From assembly GCA_951406725.2 (NCBI GenBank), contig OX597821.1, positions 2,666,001 to 2,730,000 of the forward strand: a stretch of 64,000 nt of DNA, given 5' to 3'. The position numbers and the translations under genes were made by a program. Position 1 is the first letter of the stretch. Each line of letters begins with the position of its first letter. This DNA comes from Octopus vulgaris. Taxonomy: Eukaryota. This document shows positions 1-17,466 of the stretch, piece by piece. The notes beneath the pieces were generated by a model. That model had not been told where the DNA came from. It saw only the letters and a list, made by a program, of their open reading frames with translations, and did no database searches.

Positions 1-279
1 CTTATAACGCAATCGCATTTTTCTCCCACTTTCACTTCTGGTGTAGCATCCTGAGACAGTTCAGGCATAGATATACACATTTAGGCTGGCAAGCGTATAT
101 GTACGTGTATCTAGATATGTGTATGTAATATGTATATATATACATACAAACATACATACATACATATATATATATATACACTCATCCATATATATACTTA
201 TATATATATACATATATATAAGTATATATATATAGATGAGTGTGTATGTATATATATATATATATATATACATATATAC

Positions 280-330
<51 letters not shown>

Positions 331-338
331 TACATACG

Positions 339-386
<48 letters not shown>

Positions 387-563
387 GTAAAATTAACAGA
401 AAACAAGCAGATAGGTACAGAAACAACAAGCAGGTGTATTATTAGTACAATGTTAGGGGAAAATGGAAAAGTCCTTTTTTTTTCTTTTGAGCCTACGCTC
501 TTCGAGAGAAAGTATTAGGAGGGAAAAATAAAGAGAGAATATAAAACGCGGAGAGAAAAAAAA

Positions 564-609
<46 letters not shown>

Positions 610-618
610 CACACAAAT

Positions 619-708
<90 letters not shown>

Positions 709-736
709 GTAAATATGTGTTTATTATATGAAATAA

Positions 737-935
737 GGCGGAGTGCTGTCAGAATAGCTAGCACGCTCGTGAAAATGCTAAGCAGTTTTCCGCCCGGCTT
801 TAGCTTCTGAGTTCAAATTCAACCAACGATGATTGTACATTTGATGCTTTCGGGGACGAGATAAATGAACCACTTGATCACTGTGGTCGTTATAATCGAC
901 TCATCCTGTCCCCTTAAATGTCTGGTCTTGTGCTA
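737..935 (+). mobile_element. Degenerate tRNA-derived SINE (family B, GGCGG...GCTG.CAGAA head)
   Basis: A-box-like head GGCGGAGTGCTGTCAGAATAG and B-box-like GAGTTCAAATTC; related copies at ~48031-48160, ~50340-50535 and ~63312-63460. Confidence 0.6.
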
Positions 936-1284
936 CACCTTGTACTGTGGTTAGGCTGCTGTAATGTCAAGCTTGCGGGCAGAGCTACTGGATCGGATGA
1001 TGTATGTTTTCGTTGTTTAATGAGTACATTTTTTGAGTGTTTTTCCAGTGTATCCATATGAAATTGAATATTATCTATGTGGTTAAGCTACCTCATTGTC
1101 ATCAAACTATCATATCATTGGTGTTCAGGTGATACAAGTTTAAGAGGAGGACTGACAGGTTAACTAAGTTTGCTCACACCTACGAAGGCACCGAAATTAA
1201 TTTTAAATAGCGGGTCAGATTTTACGAAATTGCAGACCCTAGTAATTGAGGAATAATGAGTTCTAGTAAATACACTTATGCATA

Positions 1285-1335
<51 letters not shown>

Positions 1336-2779
1336 ACACCCGTACATACATATGTATGTATGTATGTATGCATGATTCATTGTGCATGTCTCCGTGCACA
1401 CGTGTGTGACGCGGCTTTCAAATTGTACAGTTGCTCGCATATTAAAAAACCAGGTAGAAGCTATAACTATCGTCCTGTTTTATTAGTTGTTTATAGCTTA
1501 CATTACTATTTAAGAAACACATAAGCACCATCACACAGACACACACACACATACACGTATATGATATCTGATTAATAATTTGAAACAGAATACAGCCTCT
1601 AGATTTACTAATAACATATTTTATTAAATATTCATAGCAAAGTAATGATAAACATTTTTTTGTCTGCACTTCTTTATTCTTCCTTTACTTGGAGTTTCGG
1701 CTTTGATTTGACAAAAGAATATGCCAAGCTCAGTATGGAAAGCATCTGAACCCCTTGATACTAAATATGTCTTGTTATCTTGTGACTTTGGGAAATTTGA
1801 CACTGCCTTACCATCGTTATAATTTTGAAATATTCTAGAATTTTAGCCATTTAATTTCTAGGCATGACGAACAGTGATATTTTTAAAAAAATGTTTTTAT
1901 TTCCTTGATGTTAGGAGTATTGGATGATGTCATTGTGAAGGTGTGAACCATTGTGGTTCTTTTAACTTGTTAAAACTATTGACATCAAGGAATTAAATAT
2001 AAAAACTTGTTGCGTAATTCAATATATATTTTGACAGAAATATACGCTACTGAAAAATCGTGTTAATAAAAGAATTGAGCTATTGATTTTTTCCATTGCA
2101 GATATTGTTTATGTGTAGCTACAGTTTTAAATATAATATCAAAATTTATTCAAGAAAATCTTAAAAGATATCAAAAACTTTTATAAAGAATATTTTAAAA
2201 TATTACCAATAAAATTGTAGTCGGTGGTTTCATGGTAATGTGTCAGAAGAAAGGGTATTATTTTTTACTTCCTTCTTTCATTATTCTCAAACTCAGCTTG
2301 AACTGGATCTTTATGTGATAATTTTTTTTTTTTGTTTATCACGTGAAGTTCAATAGAATATTTTTGACAACATATGAGCAGAAATATATTTAATCGCTTC
2401 CAACGTAACGAGTTCTGATTTTTCATTAAACTTCTAGGTTAGAAATTAAGTCGTAGCGTATTGGGTGAGAGAAAAATGCTCAACACATGTATTCTGCACT
2501 TTTCCTCACGTACACAAATGCATAAAGCATACATTTATATGTATATATGTATATATATATTATACCTTATCAATTTTTCAGCCGCTACACAGCGGTCATT
2601 CTGTAGCACTTTCCGTCGAACTAGTCGACACCAGTTCATATTTTTCAGAATGACTGATGCTTATTAGATCTGTGTTTTATGAGGGTGCGCCAAACTACAG
2701 GAACATAGTCACACAACAAAAGGCTGTCTAGCAGTGATGGGACACGCACACCGAGAATAAGACACACATACGCATATTA

Positions 2780-2965
<186 letters not shown>

Positions 2966-3152
2966 TTACAATGACGTCTTTCAGTTTCCCTTTATAGAAT
3001 CCAAAGAAAATGCTTAGTCTGTCACGCAGTGGAACTGGAACCATGTGGCTGGGAAGCGAAATTCTTACCGCACAGCCATGACTACGCCTATGAATATATG
3101 AATATACACACGCACACACCTACATATTTGTGTATAAGGGTAAACATATGTT

Positions 3153-3200
<48 letters not shown>

Positions 3201-3345
3201 CATACATACATACCTTTAGGCATAAATACATATGTACATACATGCACACACACACACACACATATATATATGTATTATATAAGTTCATAAACATATACAC
3301 CTCCACATATTTAAACACACTACCACATGTATATGTAATTATATG

Positions 3346-3816
3346 TATTATTCAGTTTTATTTCAAGGTTTTTTCTTCCCAATAGAGAAGGAATCGGTTT
3401 CTAACCTAGATCCAAGGCCACGTCATAAAAAGGCTATTTGTATATATACGTATACAGGCGGGTCTGTATGTTTTTTTGTATGTATGTATTTCATGCATAT
3501 AGTCCCATGTGCTGACATGGTTATGTACACTTAAGTGATAAATTTCAGGAAGATTTTACAGATTTTTACTGTACGTTTCGAATCAGCTTTCTTCTGTCCG
3601 CTTTTGAGATGCCTAATTTCTCACTATTGGTATTTAACCAGAGAATTATGCATCCACTGTCCCAATAATTACAGGTATGGACCTGAAATTACAATCTGGA
3701 CAGAGTTGCTGTGGATACCTCAATAGTTCAACATAGGTATTTTCTTTTTTGCTGATCTTTAGCTTCACGTTAACATGCCTTGTGTAGCTGATTTCCACAA
3801 CTGCATATAGTTTCTC
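3346..3816 (-). mobile_element. 5'-truncated RLE-type (R4/Dong-like) LINE, 3' fragment, TACA-associated family
   Basis: Minus ORF 3646-3840 VVEIS...VNVKLKISKKENTYVELLR...FRSIPVIIG resembles the RLE C-terminus; 3' terminal sequence shared with 3836-3950 and 21900-21962. Confidence 0.7.
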
Positions 3817-3835
3817 TATGTATGTTTGCATGTAT

Positions 3836-5155
<1,320 letters not shown>

Positions 5156-5788
5156 GATGCATATATGTTGGTATATATATATAAATATATATGTATATAT
5201 ATCTATATCTACATATGTATAAATATGTATATACATTTATATGTATTTGTATGAACATTATAACATTTTATATATACATATGTATATATATATATATGTG
5301 TGTACATGTAAAAAAAATACAAACTGGGACAAGAACGCAAAACATTTAGAAGATGATACAAAAAACACGGACGGGACATTCGAAGCCTTCAATCTTCAGT
5401 CAAGAACCGGATCATCCTCGCAATTTCGGCTGATTAATCTTGAGTTTGCTCCGACCTGGCCAGCCCCAAAGGAAAATCTAAGCCAAGCGCATTAGATTCT
5501 TTGGAAGAAAGCATCGAATGTATACAAAACAAGGATGGGAACGAATAAGAATACAAAAATACGTAACAATAATAATGATAACACGAAGAAGAATACGAAA
5601 ATACGTAAAAACAATAATGATAATAATGATAACAAAAACAGGACGTCACAGACAGGCGACTTTTCGACAGGACGGGTGAACTTGAGCTGGCGCAATTAGA
5701 AAAATGCCTTGAGGTGAAGAGAGAGAAAATGTGTCTAGCCTTGTCGGCTGATGACCACGAAAAGGCAGGATAGTAGTCCCAAGTTAGG

Positions 5789-5839
<51 letters not shown>

Positions 5840-5855
5840 TTGCAAATATATATGG

Positions 5856-5985
<130 letters not shown>

Positions 5986-6129
5986 GTACATATATAATCC
6001 AATGGAAATTTAATCAGAGGAATTAATTCCGAAGATACACAGATGGATGATACACATGTATATGTATATATAAATATACATATATATGTGGGTATCACTT
6101 TAGTGTATTAGTGAACTCATTCACAGACG

Positions 6130-6340
6130 CACAAAACAACTGCTACCAAGTGTTGTAATCTCTCCATTTTACCAATGTGCTATTGGAACACCAACACAAA
6201 TTAGATTAAATAAGGAAACCTACTTTATTGAAAAATATATGCGAAAATGTAAACAGTTCTATCATTTTTAAATAAGTTAACTCAGCTCATTGAAAAATAT
6301 AAAAAGCAAAACTTAACCATTTCTAATATTTTATTCAATG
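6130..6340 (+). pseudogene. Possible Penelope-like GIY-YIG C-terminal remnant
   Basis: Hand translation ...IRLNKETYFIEKY... resembles the end of Penelope-like ORFs; heavily degraded. Confidence 0.25.
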
Positions 6341-6657
6341 AAAACTAAATCATGTTAAATTTACAAAACCTAATCATTCTCAACATTTTTAATTATCTCC
6401 CTTATACCGAAAAATCACTGATTTCCTTCCCCTGTTTCGAATATTTCTATATCACACCATCACGAATAGATGACACAAAATCGGTAAGGAAATTTGAGAA
6501 AAATTGATAAGAAAATGCGAAACTCTCCCAAAATAATATCACTATACACAAAATTTTATATAATTTTCATATTACGATTTTAATATATTTTCAACCATAT
6601 AATACAAATCTTCAGTGGTTTTTTTATTCTATTTCGTTTTACACACACACACACACA

Positions 6658-6720
<63 letters not shown>

Positions 6721-7309
6721 ATGTACACGCATATATATACATATATATGTATATATAAATATGTAGACGAATTAAACACATGCTACGTTTTTCTCTGTAG
6801 ATAGATTTCAGGTTTAGTCAGTTTCCGTGATGGAGAGACATGATGTAAACTTATGACGTCCCGCCTATTTACTTTAAGATAAACGGACCTTCGGTATTGC
6901 CATAGATACGCGTGTATTAATAACCAGATAATCTCCGTTGTCTCTATGAGTAATAGTAAATCAATGATTGTTCTAAGTTCAAACTTTCATAAAACAAATT
7001 TAAGAAGTAAACAAGAAAATATTTAGCTCTTTGCTAAATCAGTCATCCGCAACGGTTCTGAATCAGATATTTAACTTTATCAGAATCACGTTCAACGGCA
7101 TAAAGTAGCGAATATCAATAGAGACTACAAGAAATTACAGCAAAAAAGATTGAAAACGTATTAATTTTTTAAATAATATCTTTTCGGGGTTGGGTGGTGA
7201 GGAAGAATGTGCTTTATGATAAGAGTTAAATACATGATTAATCTACGCATGCGTGAATAACGCATCATAATCAAGTACTTTTACGTGTGTGCGTATTTAC
7301 ATATGATAT

Positions 7310-7353
<44 letters not shown>

Positions 7354-7360
7354 CATGCAT

Positions 7361-7406
<46 letters not shown>

Positions 7407-7849
7407 GGATACATACCTATATAGGTACATATGTAAACGTGTGTGTGTGTGGGGGGTGTACTTAAAGTCGATGTTGCAAACAAAAGAAACGAAATTACGC
7501 CACTCTTTATCAGCATAAAATGTTAACAAACTTAAACAATGAAAACAATAGCGTCTAGAGGTAAAAGCTATAGCCTCATTCATCGTCGGCGTCGTCACGA
7601 GCGTCACCATCCTCATCATCTATCTCCTCCCCCTACTCCTCCGCCCCCACTTAATAATCATAATCATTATCATTACCAACAACATTAACAGCAACTAAAT
7701 CATCAGTGAGGACAAGAATGAAATAAACTAATAAACTAAATAACGATGATAATGTGGGGAAAACCTTTTCAATCATGTAATTTTAATGTATAAGTTTTGT
7801 ATAAATATTTGGAAATATATATATATATGTGTGTGTGTGTGTGTATATG

Positions 7850-7930
<81 letters not shown>

Positions 7931-7931
7931 T

Positions 7932-7999
<68 letters not shown>

Positions 8000-8967
8000 C
8001 ACATACACATATATATGTATTTGCTTGAGAGTATGCGTGTGAAATAGTTTTTTAGACTTGCACATTTATGTATGCATATACAAGTACATACACACGCACA
8101 GTACACACGCATATATTTATTCACGTGCTTGGTGTATGTTCAACAATAGGTGTGAATTTATTATATGGGTATAGATAAACATATTTGTTTATGTGGCTGA
8201 ATTTTTGTGTGTATTGCAATAACAAAAAAAAAGAAGCGAATATAAAAAAGAAATAACAGAATGTATATTATATATTTTATCTTGATAATCGATCCTACCA
8301 TTCATGCAAAACTTCCGTAGAACCTATATAAATTCCACTATTGTCTCTGTTGAAATTACATCTGAACAAAGGAACATAAAATAACATACGTTATCTTTTA
8401 GGAATAGAAATATTACACACAAATACATTATATAACGCACAAACAACAAGCAAATAAATTTTTTAAAAACAGACTTTAAAAAATAATGTATATATATATA
8501 CTAAGTATAAAAAAACAATGTTTTCTATTAAGCATTGTAAAAACAGAGATATATATCATGAGTTTGATATTATAATTAACGCATTTCTTATTTAGATTGG
8601 CTAACAAAGTTTTAAATAAGATTTATTGTATTTCAAATTTATTTTATTATATTCTATATCATCGATCGTGATAATTTAACTAAAAAAAAATAAATTGCAA
8701 AAAGTGTTTAAAAAATTAATAAAATAAACTGAATATTATTATAGCATTTACAATTGTCCTGATATTTATCGATTGTATATTATTTAAAAAAGAAAAAAAC
8801 AAACAAACACGAAAATTGCAATAAATGTTTACTCAATGCAGTTTTGATCGCTTTTGGCTTCGATACTTCACTTTCGTTATTTAGATTTTCGATTGTTTAT
8901 TTTTTTTTGTAGTTTATTATTTCAGTCGTGTTGTTTTTGTTGTTGGTGTTGTAGTAGTTATTGTTGA

Positions 8968-8991
8968 TATTATTATTATTATTATTATTAT

Positions 8992-9023
<32 letters not shown>

Positions 9024-9032
9024 TTATTATCA

Positions 9033-9112
<80 letters not shown>
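8968..9112. repeat. Compound (ATT)n/(AGT)n microsatellite
   Basis: Direct reading. Confidence 0.95.
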
Positions 9113-9114
<2 letters not shown>

Positions 9115-9716
9115 TTTATTTATTTCGAATCTTTCATCAGAATTGAATAATTCTTTTTATGTTGCTATTTACTTCACACTAAAACATTGCTATTTTTTTT
9201 ACTTATTTCGTTCATTTAATACCACCAATATTTTTGGAAGAAAAAAAAAAGACAAAGAGATAATATTTTATAAATAAAAATATATCGAGAGCAATAATCA
9301 TAACGAATGAGGAATTTGTAACAAGCGTCAGTATTGCCATTGATAAATATCAAAGGAATAAATAGAATCGATTTTACTTTTGTATTAAAGAGGTCCAGCA
9401 CTTACATATCTCAGGTTTCCCTAACGACACTTCTGCGTTTCCATAGTTGGAATAATTTCTCATGTCGTTATTGTTGTTATTCTTCTTTGTTCAGTCCACA
9501 TTCAAGTATGTTTACGCAGTAGTTAGATAAGATAAGAGAAGTTATTAAAGGAAGGAAACCGTATTGTACTAAGCATTATCAAAGTTTAAGACTACATCTC
9601 AATGTGATTGCCATTTTTGCGTTACCTTTTGATATTAAGAGAGATTTGGTTTATATTTCTAGCAAACTAAGGGACCGATTATACGACTAATATGTGTGCC
9701 TGTATCTATCTATCTT

Positions 9717-9870
<154 letters not shown>

Positions 9871-11134
9871 TAGAGAGGAGAGACAGAGAGGGTTAGAAAC
9901 AAATATATGTATACATGCTTACATACAGTCATAGATATATGGATAGAATGTTTCATATATTGACTTGTGTTTTTTACCTATGCCAAGCATGTGCGAACAA
10001 CAGCCACCGCAAAACTGCATGCAATTCCACATCTGATGTAAATACATAAATATTAAAAGTTGATGCTTTTGATGTTATGAACATAAAAATCATTGTATTA
10101 TATCTTCATTGCCACATATAAGCATTTTATGTACATATACTAAGAAAAACACGGGCGCTCGCGCATGTTACATGGAGGAGTAAAATGCATATCTGGATTT
10201 CAAGGCTACCAAGCATACTATACAGAGATTACATTAGAAATTTACATACTGTAACGATTAGTAAGATATTTAGGAAAGAAATCAAAATTTTTTCAGCATT
10301 GCTAAGGTAGCAGTTAATTTCAGAGCTTGGCAAGGCCCACTATGGAGTACAGCTATGAGTAGAATCATCCAAAACTTTATCCACAACGACCGCTCATCTG
10401 ATGGTTATGTCGTCACAAGTACATTGACTCTGAAATGATACGACTGGGCGCGGCTCTTTGGACGCGTAAACAGAAGGAGCTGCGTCGAAGACGCAGGCAT
10501 GTACGCAAATAGCTAGAGAGAGTAGGACTGGTGGAGGCAAAGCATTTTCCCATTTATGATATAAACATTTTTACTCATCACATACACGTAGAGGGAAATA
10601 TGCTCACACATATAAACCGAGAGAGAGAGAGAGAATGAGAGAGAGAAAGGGGGGAGAATTGGAGGAAGACTAGAGAAGCATTAAACTTCAGGTGTCTAGT
10701 GAGTCAGCATCGAGTCACCTGCGCCATATTGTACGCTGCGTTTTCAGAGAAGTTTGAAGTGGGAGGAGTTTCCTTTAGAAATCCTTTTCAGCCAGCTTCC
10801 TTTCTCACGGCGAGCCGTTTTATTGCATTTGGCTGCTAAGTCATTTGAAGCATGATTCAAGTTAATAAAAAATTTAATCAAAATTTGATCATATAAAACC
10901 GCTTAGAAGAAATTTCATGCTTACTATCAGACTGCCAATTGTATACTTAGCCCCTTAGCTAAGTTTCTCTCAATAAAGGAGGTGTAAAAGGAAGGAAAAT
11001 AAACAATCACAGCAGATATTTTTCTAGTCAATTTTCTACATCGAGAGTGGGCTAAAACAATTGATTTTTTATTTACCAAGTACCATTCCCCTTGGGTTTT
11101 TTTCCATTCCGTTCTGCTTAGGTAATCGACGAGT

Positions 11135-11300
11135 GGCATTCCTAATATACTAGATGTTCAAAGTAAGTAGTTTACAACAATTCCACCGCATAATCTACCA
11201 ACAGCAATTTTCCAGTGTTATACTTTACTGTCCGTAGTGCGCCTGCGATTGCTGGTATGAGATTTATATTACTGGTTTGATAGAGTATTTCATTGATGGC
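11135..11300 (-). mobile_element. Degraded R4/Dong-type RLE 3' end
   Basis: Minus translation LIPAIAGALRTVK...VELL*TT..TSSILG resembles IPVVIGALG...QKIVLMGTAHILRK of the other Dong-like copies in the window. Confidence 0.4.
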
Positions 11301-11390
11301 TTCTTCTTCTTCTTCTTCTTCTTCTTCTTCTTCTTCTTCTTCTTCTTCTTCTTCTTCTTCTTCTTCTTCTTCTTCTTTTTCTTCTTCTTT
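11300..11390. repeat. (TTC)n/(GAA)n microsatellite
   Basis: Direct reading. Confidence 0.95.
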
Positions 11391-11392
11391 TT

Positions 11393-11974
<582 letters not shown>

Positions 11975-12195
11975 CCTTCTCGAAAGGACGGACGTGTGTA
12001 AAGCTGTTCCGTAAGTTTTGTGCCAATTTAATTGGAAATTTCTGTAAAAGTTTTTATATTTTTCGATATTTGTGTCACGAAGCCAACTAACTTCTAGCGG
12101 AGCTAGTTGGCTCGGCAAAATTTTACCCCATTGGAGGTAAAATTACTGCTTGAACTTTACAATTGCAAAACTTCTTACGAACATTTTAAAACAAA

Positions 12196-14070
12196 ATGGC
12201 TATGACGAGACCAGTCGGCTGTTCCCTTCTACCATCAAAACCCCCTCAGCAAACACACACATCACCAAACACGGTTCCAACCCGCCCACTTCGCGCCATA
12301 AAAGGCAACAAAAATCTTCTGATCGAAACTGTAAGCACGTGCAGCGTTCGAAAGGAGAAAGAAAACCACCAGGACGTCACTTTCGACGTCATTGAAGATT
12401 TACCTCCTCTTCCCTAACACCAATGCTCCGGTACCGGAGAAGGAGGGAAGAAAGAGCGTTCCAAAGAAAAGTGACAACGATGGCGTCACCTTTGACGTCA
12501 TCGAAGATTTTCCTTCTCTTCCCTCCACCTGTGCTCCAGTACCGGAGAAGGAGAGAAAGAAAATGACCAGCAACCACACTGACACCACCACCAGCAACAA
12601 CACAACAAGCCGTCGTAGTAAATTCGCCTCCGCTGCTAAACAAAGCTCGGAGGAAGTAAACGTTACGATGGAGGAAATAAAAAGCGCAAAAGAGTTGTTG
12701 AGAAAAGAGGGGAACAGTGTTTTCCTCAATACACCTCAACAACTCATACATGACACTAACAAAAAGACAATATTTTACAAGGCTTTCGACAAGAAAAACA
12801 AAAAACTAATTAACGCAAAACCCCAACAATTGGAAATAGCTCTGAAGCCCATTTGGGGCCAAAAGAGCTATGTAACCAAGGGGAAGCGTTTTGGAATCGT
12901 AGAGGTTCGTTTCCGAACGGAGGAGGATGCAAGAGCGCATGTCATTTCGCCCTTGCAAAATGAAAATTTGTTACTCGTCTCAACGTACCTCGGGCGGAGA
13001 GTAACGAAAATAAAAATCGACCTCCCCCCCCTGAACTAAATATATCATGGCTAGTGGCAGCTGTCCTCTATGACATAGTGGACACTGCCACTATTCTGGA
13101 TGTACGGAGAGTGATGGAAAAACCTGGTCAGGTATGGGTGTTCAATTGCTGGTACAAATCCAGCAGGGAAACATTAATGTCATACCTGACTCGGTAAATT
13201 TGCCGGACGGCACCCGGCTGCACGTTGCTGTGGAGGGGCGAAAGCCAAAATGTTACCTCTGCAGCAGCGAAAGCCACCTAAAAAGGGACTGCCCCATTTA
13301 CGAGAAAAGAATGGAGGCAAACGGCAAGAGGCAGCAGCAGCAGCAACAACAACAGAAACAACAACAGCAAGAAACACCAAAGGCTGTCACACCACCAACA
13401 CCATCACCACCACCACGACGAACAACACCACTCCCAACCACCAAACCAACACCAACCCCAACACCAAGAAAAACAACAACAAAAAAAGGAAGAAGAATCC
13501 CCGACACCGTCACCATCACCAACAGATACAGCAACACCACCGCTACCAGCAAAACCAACAATTTTTCGCCCTGCTGCTGAAGCGGACCCGACAGCCATCC
13601 CATTTCCGGATCAGGACAGCTCGGACTGTGCGAGCACTGATACCGAGAAAGGTGAATGGCACACAGTGCCTCCGAAGAAGAAGAGGAGGAAGAAGCAAAA
13701 AGACACACATGGGAAGCACGAACAAATAGGGCTTCCCAACATCAACAACAACAACAACAACACACACTCACAACAACAAGCAACAACACTTTCGACACCA
13801 CTACTGCCACTGCCACAAACACCAACACATACAGACACGATTACAGCCATAAACACAAAAAATGAAAAACTCGTTTCATATATAAAAGACAACACAAGCA
13901 CAAACATTACAGATTTCATAATACCTACACACAACACACCATCAGCACACATTCTCACCATTAAAATTAACCAAAAGACATACAGTGACATAAAACAGAA
14001 ATTTTCTAACGATGTCGGATCGCTAGGGAGAAGTTTCTCAAAGAAACTTTATAAAAATATTATGGAATAA
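12196..14070 (+). pseudogene. Tx1 ORF1 (gag-like, zinc knuckle), frameshifted
   Basis: ORF pieces 12196-12417, 12392-13039, 13134-13580 (CYLCSSESHLKRDC = CX2CX4HX4C) and 13666-14070; Q/P/T-rich linker. Confidence 0.8.
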
Positions 14071-14161
14071 CCTGTGCAAAAGCACAAGGGAGCCACTCCC
14101 ACCACCACCAACAACAGTAAGTAGAGCGTTTTTGTCATTTTGTTCTGTCACTTTTTGAAAC

Positions 14162-17100
14162 ATGGCAAAACTTAGAATCGGTTGCTTGAATGTGAGAGGC
14201 CTCGGATCACCTTCGAAACAGGGTCACCTGTTAAACGACCTGAGGTTTCATGATGTGGATTTAGCAGCCATTAGTGAAACCAGGCTCTCCGACCCGCAGG
14301 AACTCGCAGCCCTTTTCGGCGGATACGAGATCGTTCTATCTCCGTGTCGGCCGGGAGCGGGCGGTGTTGTTTCGGAAGGGCCTGGACTTGAAAATAAGGA
14401 CAGTCTTCCTGGAACCAGAAGGTTAGTTGGTGGTCCTCGACGTAGACGGTAGTGACGGCGGTGCTTTCAGACTGCTGGATGCCTACGCTCCGACAGGAGC
14501 AGGGCAGTCGGATTATTTCAAACGTCTGGAAGTTTTCCTGGGAACGTCACGCACTCTAGTGCTAGTTGGGGATTGGAACGCTGTCTTAGACGAACGTTTC
14601 GATCAGGTGGGCAGGGGAGCATCTGATAAGAGAGGGGAGTGCAAGAACCGCGCCAACCTATTCGGGCGCTTTCAGTTGTCCGACAGGTTTCGACTAGACA
14701 ACCCGAATGTGCCAATGTGCACTTGGACCATTCGCATCGGGTCGTCTAGATCGTACTTATAGTGTTTTGTAGGCCAGCGGATAAGGACGGCATAGGGTGT
14801 CCACAATTCCACCTAGTCGATTACACCGACCACAAATTCGTGATCTGTACGGTCGACTTAGATAGGCTACATAGACTGGGACCCGGCTACTGGAAGCTGA
14901 ACGCGTCGTTAACGGCGTGCAAAGCTTACAGAGATCGGATTAGTTTACTAGTTAAGCGGGCGCTAACGGGGGCAATCATCAACAACAACTGTTGGTTTAC
15001 CCTCAAGAGAGCAATTAGAGTAGTGTCGATTAGGTTTAGTAAGGCTCTAGCTATTGAACGTAGGAAGAGAGAGCGGGATTTAGTTAAGAAACTAGACGAG
15101 GCTCTTGAGACTGGCATCGCGCCCGACGTGTTGGCGGCTAGGTTGGCTCTCGACCAACAATTTGACACCAAACACGAAGGCTGCGTTGTCAGAGCTAAGG
15201 CACGTTCACTAAGCGGGGAGGGGACTAGAGCCGCTCGATGGGCCCGTGTGGCGGAGGTTAAGCGAGGCAACAAAGCAACCATTCCATCTTTGGTGGACCA
15301 AAACGGGCGCGAGGTTACCGAACCGAAGCAGATGTGTACGGTGTTTCAGCGGTACTTTGCTCAACTGTTTGGGACGAGCGGTGGAACGGCTAACGGTACA
15401 GACTTTGGTGTGTACCTGGACGGCCTACCGCAACTCTCGGATAGCGAGGCAGATTGCTTCGAAGGACCGATATCTGCCTGGGAAGTGGAGGAAGCAATGA
15501 AGAGTTGCACGAGAGGTAGATCGCCGGGTCTGGATGGTCTGCCCTACGAGCTTTACACTTCAATGTAACTGGCAGCAAAACGGGAGAATTCCTGCTTTTG
15601 TCTGTCATGGGGTGGGGGCTTTGCTGAGAAAGGACCCAGACCCAAACAAGGGGGACGTTATAGGGAATTTTCGGCCCTTCACTCTGCTCAATGCAGAGTT
15701 GAAGATTTTGGCCAAGGTGCTAGCCAAGAGATTGGTGCTTGTCGTGGACAAGCTGGATGGCGGGACGCAGATATGCGCCGTGCCGACCAGGTTGATACAC
15801 GACAACCTCCATCTCATGCACTACATCATAGAGAGGGTGGGTAACGACGCTGGCGCGGGTGGGGCTTTGATCAATTTAGATCAGAGTAAAGCCTTCGATA
15901 GGGTCGACCATCGGTACCTGGCAGCTGTTCTCAAGGCAGCTGGCTTCGGTCCAGTTTTCCGTGGGTGGATCACTGCTTTATACAGTAACATTTGCTCGGT
16001 GATACCGGTGAACGGTCACCTTTCGGAACCGTTTGACATCTCGCGTTCTGTCCGCTAAGGATGCTCTCTCTCCTCCCTCTTGTAAGTATTGACTCTCGAG
16101 CGATTACTGCGCAAGTTGGAGGGTTTGAGGAGTATCCCGCGCGATCTAGGAGATGGAAACAGCGTGTCTGCCTATGCCGACGACGTCACCGTGATGGTGT
16201 CGAGCCACAGGCACATTGACCTGATTGGCGAGACGCTAAACGAGTACGAAGCGGTGACAGGGGCAAAGATTAACGCGGAAAAGTCTGTGGGCTTGCAACT
16301 GGGCACCTGGAGAGGCAAGCCCGTGCCGTCCAACAGCGTCGTAGGGCGCTGGACAGACGGAGGCCTTGGCATGCCGTGGTTACTGATGCGCAGACATGCG
16401 CACAGGCTGCGACATCTCAAGGTTTTCCTAGACGGTGAACAGGTGTGGTCGTCTTTTGTCAGACGCGACTTTCCGCAGCTCGTCTCTTTGACAGAACTGC
16501 AGACCTGGATCAAACGTAGACCGAGAAAGGGCGCTTGGCACCTCGAGTGCCGTCAAGCTCTCTCCGACCTCTGCCAAGCGGGCAATGCGATCGGTTTTAG
16601 TTCCACTCTACCGTTCTATAGAGGGATAGTGGAGGAAAAATGCGACGACGTTCTCGGGGAAACTCTAAGCATTGATGATAACGAACTGAGCGGTCTGTTC
16701 GGAAGGACTTTCGGGCCGGGGCCAATGGATAATTTCCAGAGGTCGCTCGCCTGGCAGTGCTACCGAGGGGCTCTCCCTGTCCGGGATAAATTCTACCGGC
16801 ACGGAAGTGCCGTCAGCCGGGCCTGCCCGAGGTGTTGCCAGGACGACGAAACCGTTCTGCACGCACTCGTCCAGTGCCCGAGTATTGCCGAACTACGGGT
16901 TTATGTCGAACAGCTACTGTTACGTATAGGACGGATCCGGCTATCAGCTGAATCCATAGTGAAGATTGCCCCGCCGACCACCTTTAACAAGGAGGGAAAG
17001 GCCGTTTTCCTGTGCCTAGTGGCTGTGGCGAAAGAGGTTGTATGGTGGACCCGTTTGAAAGGGCTAAAGTCATACACTTTCATCTTTGGTCAAGGCCTCA

Positions 17101-17250
17101 TCAACTTTTTCAAGTCTCACTTGAAAAGGAAGATGAGGTTAAAGAGGAAATTGCTGTCTGATAGCAAGTTTTCTGAAAGGTGGGAGAATTGTGCAAGAAT
17201 GGCCAGTGTAAGTGGATCAATTCTGATGTTTCGGCTGTTACTGAAAAAAA
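14162..17250 (+). pseudogene. Tx1 ORF2 (AP endonuclease, reverse transcriptase, zf-RVT), disrupted
   Basis: MAKLRIGCLNVRGL, ISETR, VGDWNA, TDHK (APE); SPGLDGLP, NFRPFTLLN, LDQSKAFDRVDH, VR*GCSLSP, YADDVT (RT); CPRC...ETVLHALVQC; stops at 14760, 15566, 16056 and 16083 plus frameshifts. Confidence 0.92.
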
Positions 17251-17466
17251 GGTATTATAAAAGGAGAAAGGGGGTCTCTGCTCCCCTTTTGACCAGGATC
17301 CCGTGGCTTTTATGGGTTTTTCCACGTGAGACCTTTTCTTTTTTCGTAACGCCTCCCCCTATTGGGAGTCTTTTTTCGTTGTTATATTTTCATTGTTAAA
17401 CTGCCTTTTTACTCGATTTTTTCAAAACCGGACAAAACCTTTTGTAACCTTTCGTCCTGTTTTGTC

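Noticed and set aside
965-1060. YTGKT on minus, resembling a GIY-YIG second motif
   Set aside because: No upstream GIY/VVY motif or cysteines; likely chance.
5745-5775. CTGATGA-CCAC-GAAA on plus
   Set aside because: Stem II cannot pair and no stem I or III partner was found; treated as chance.
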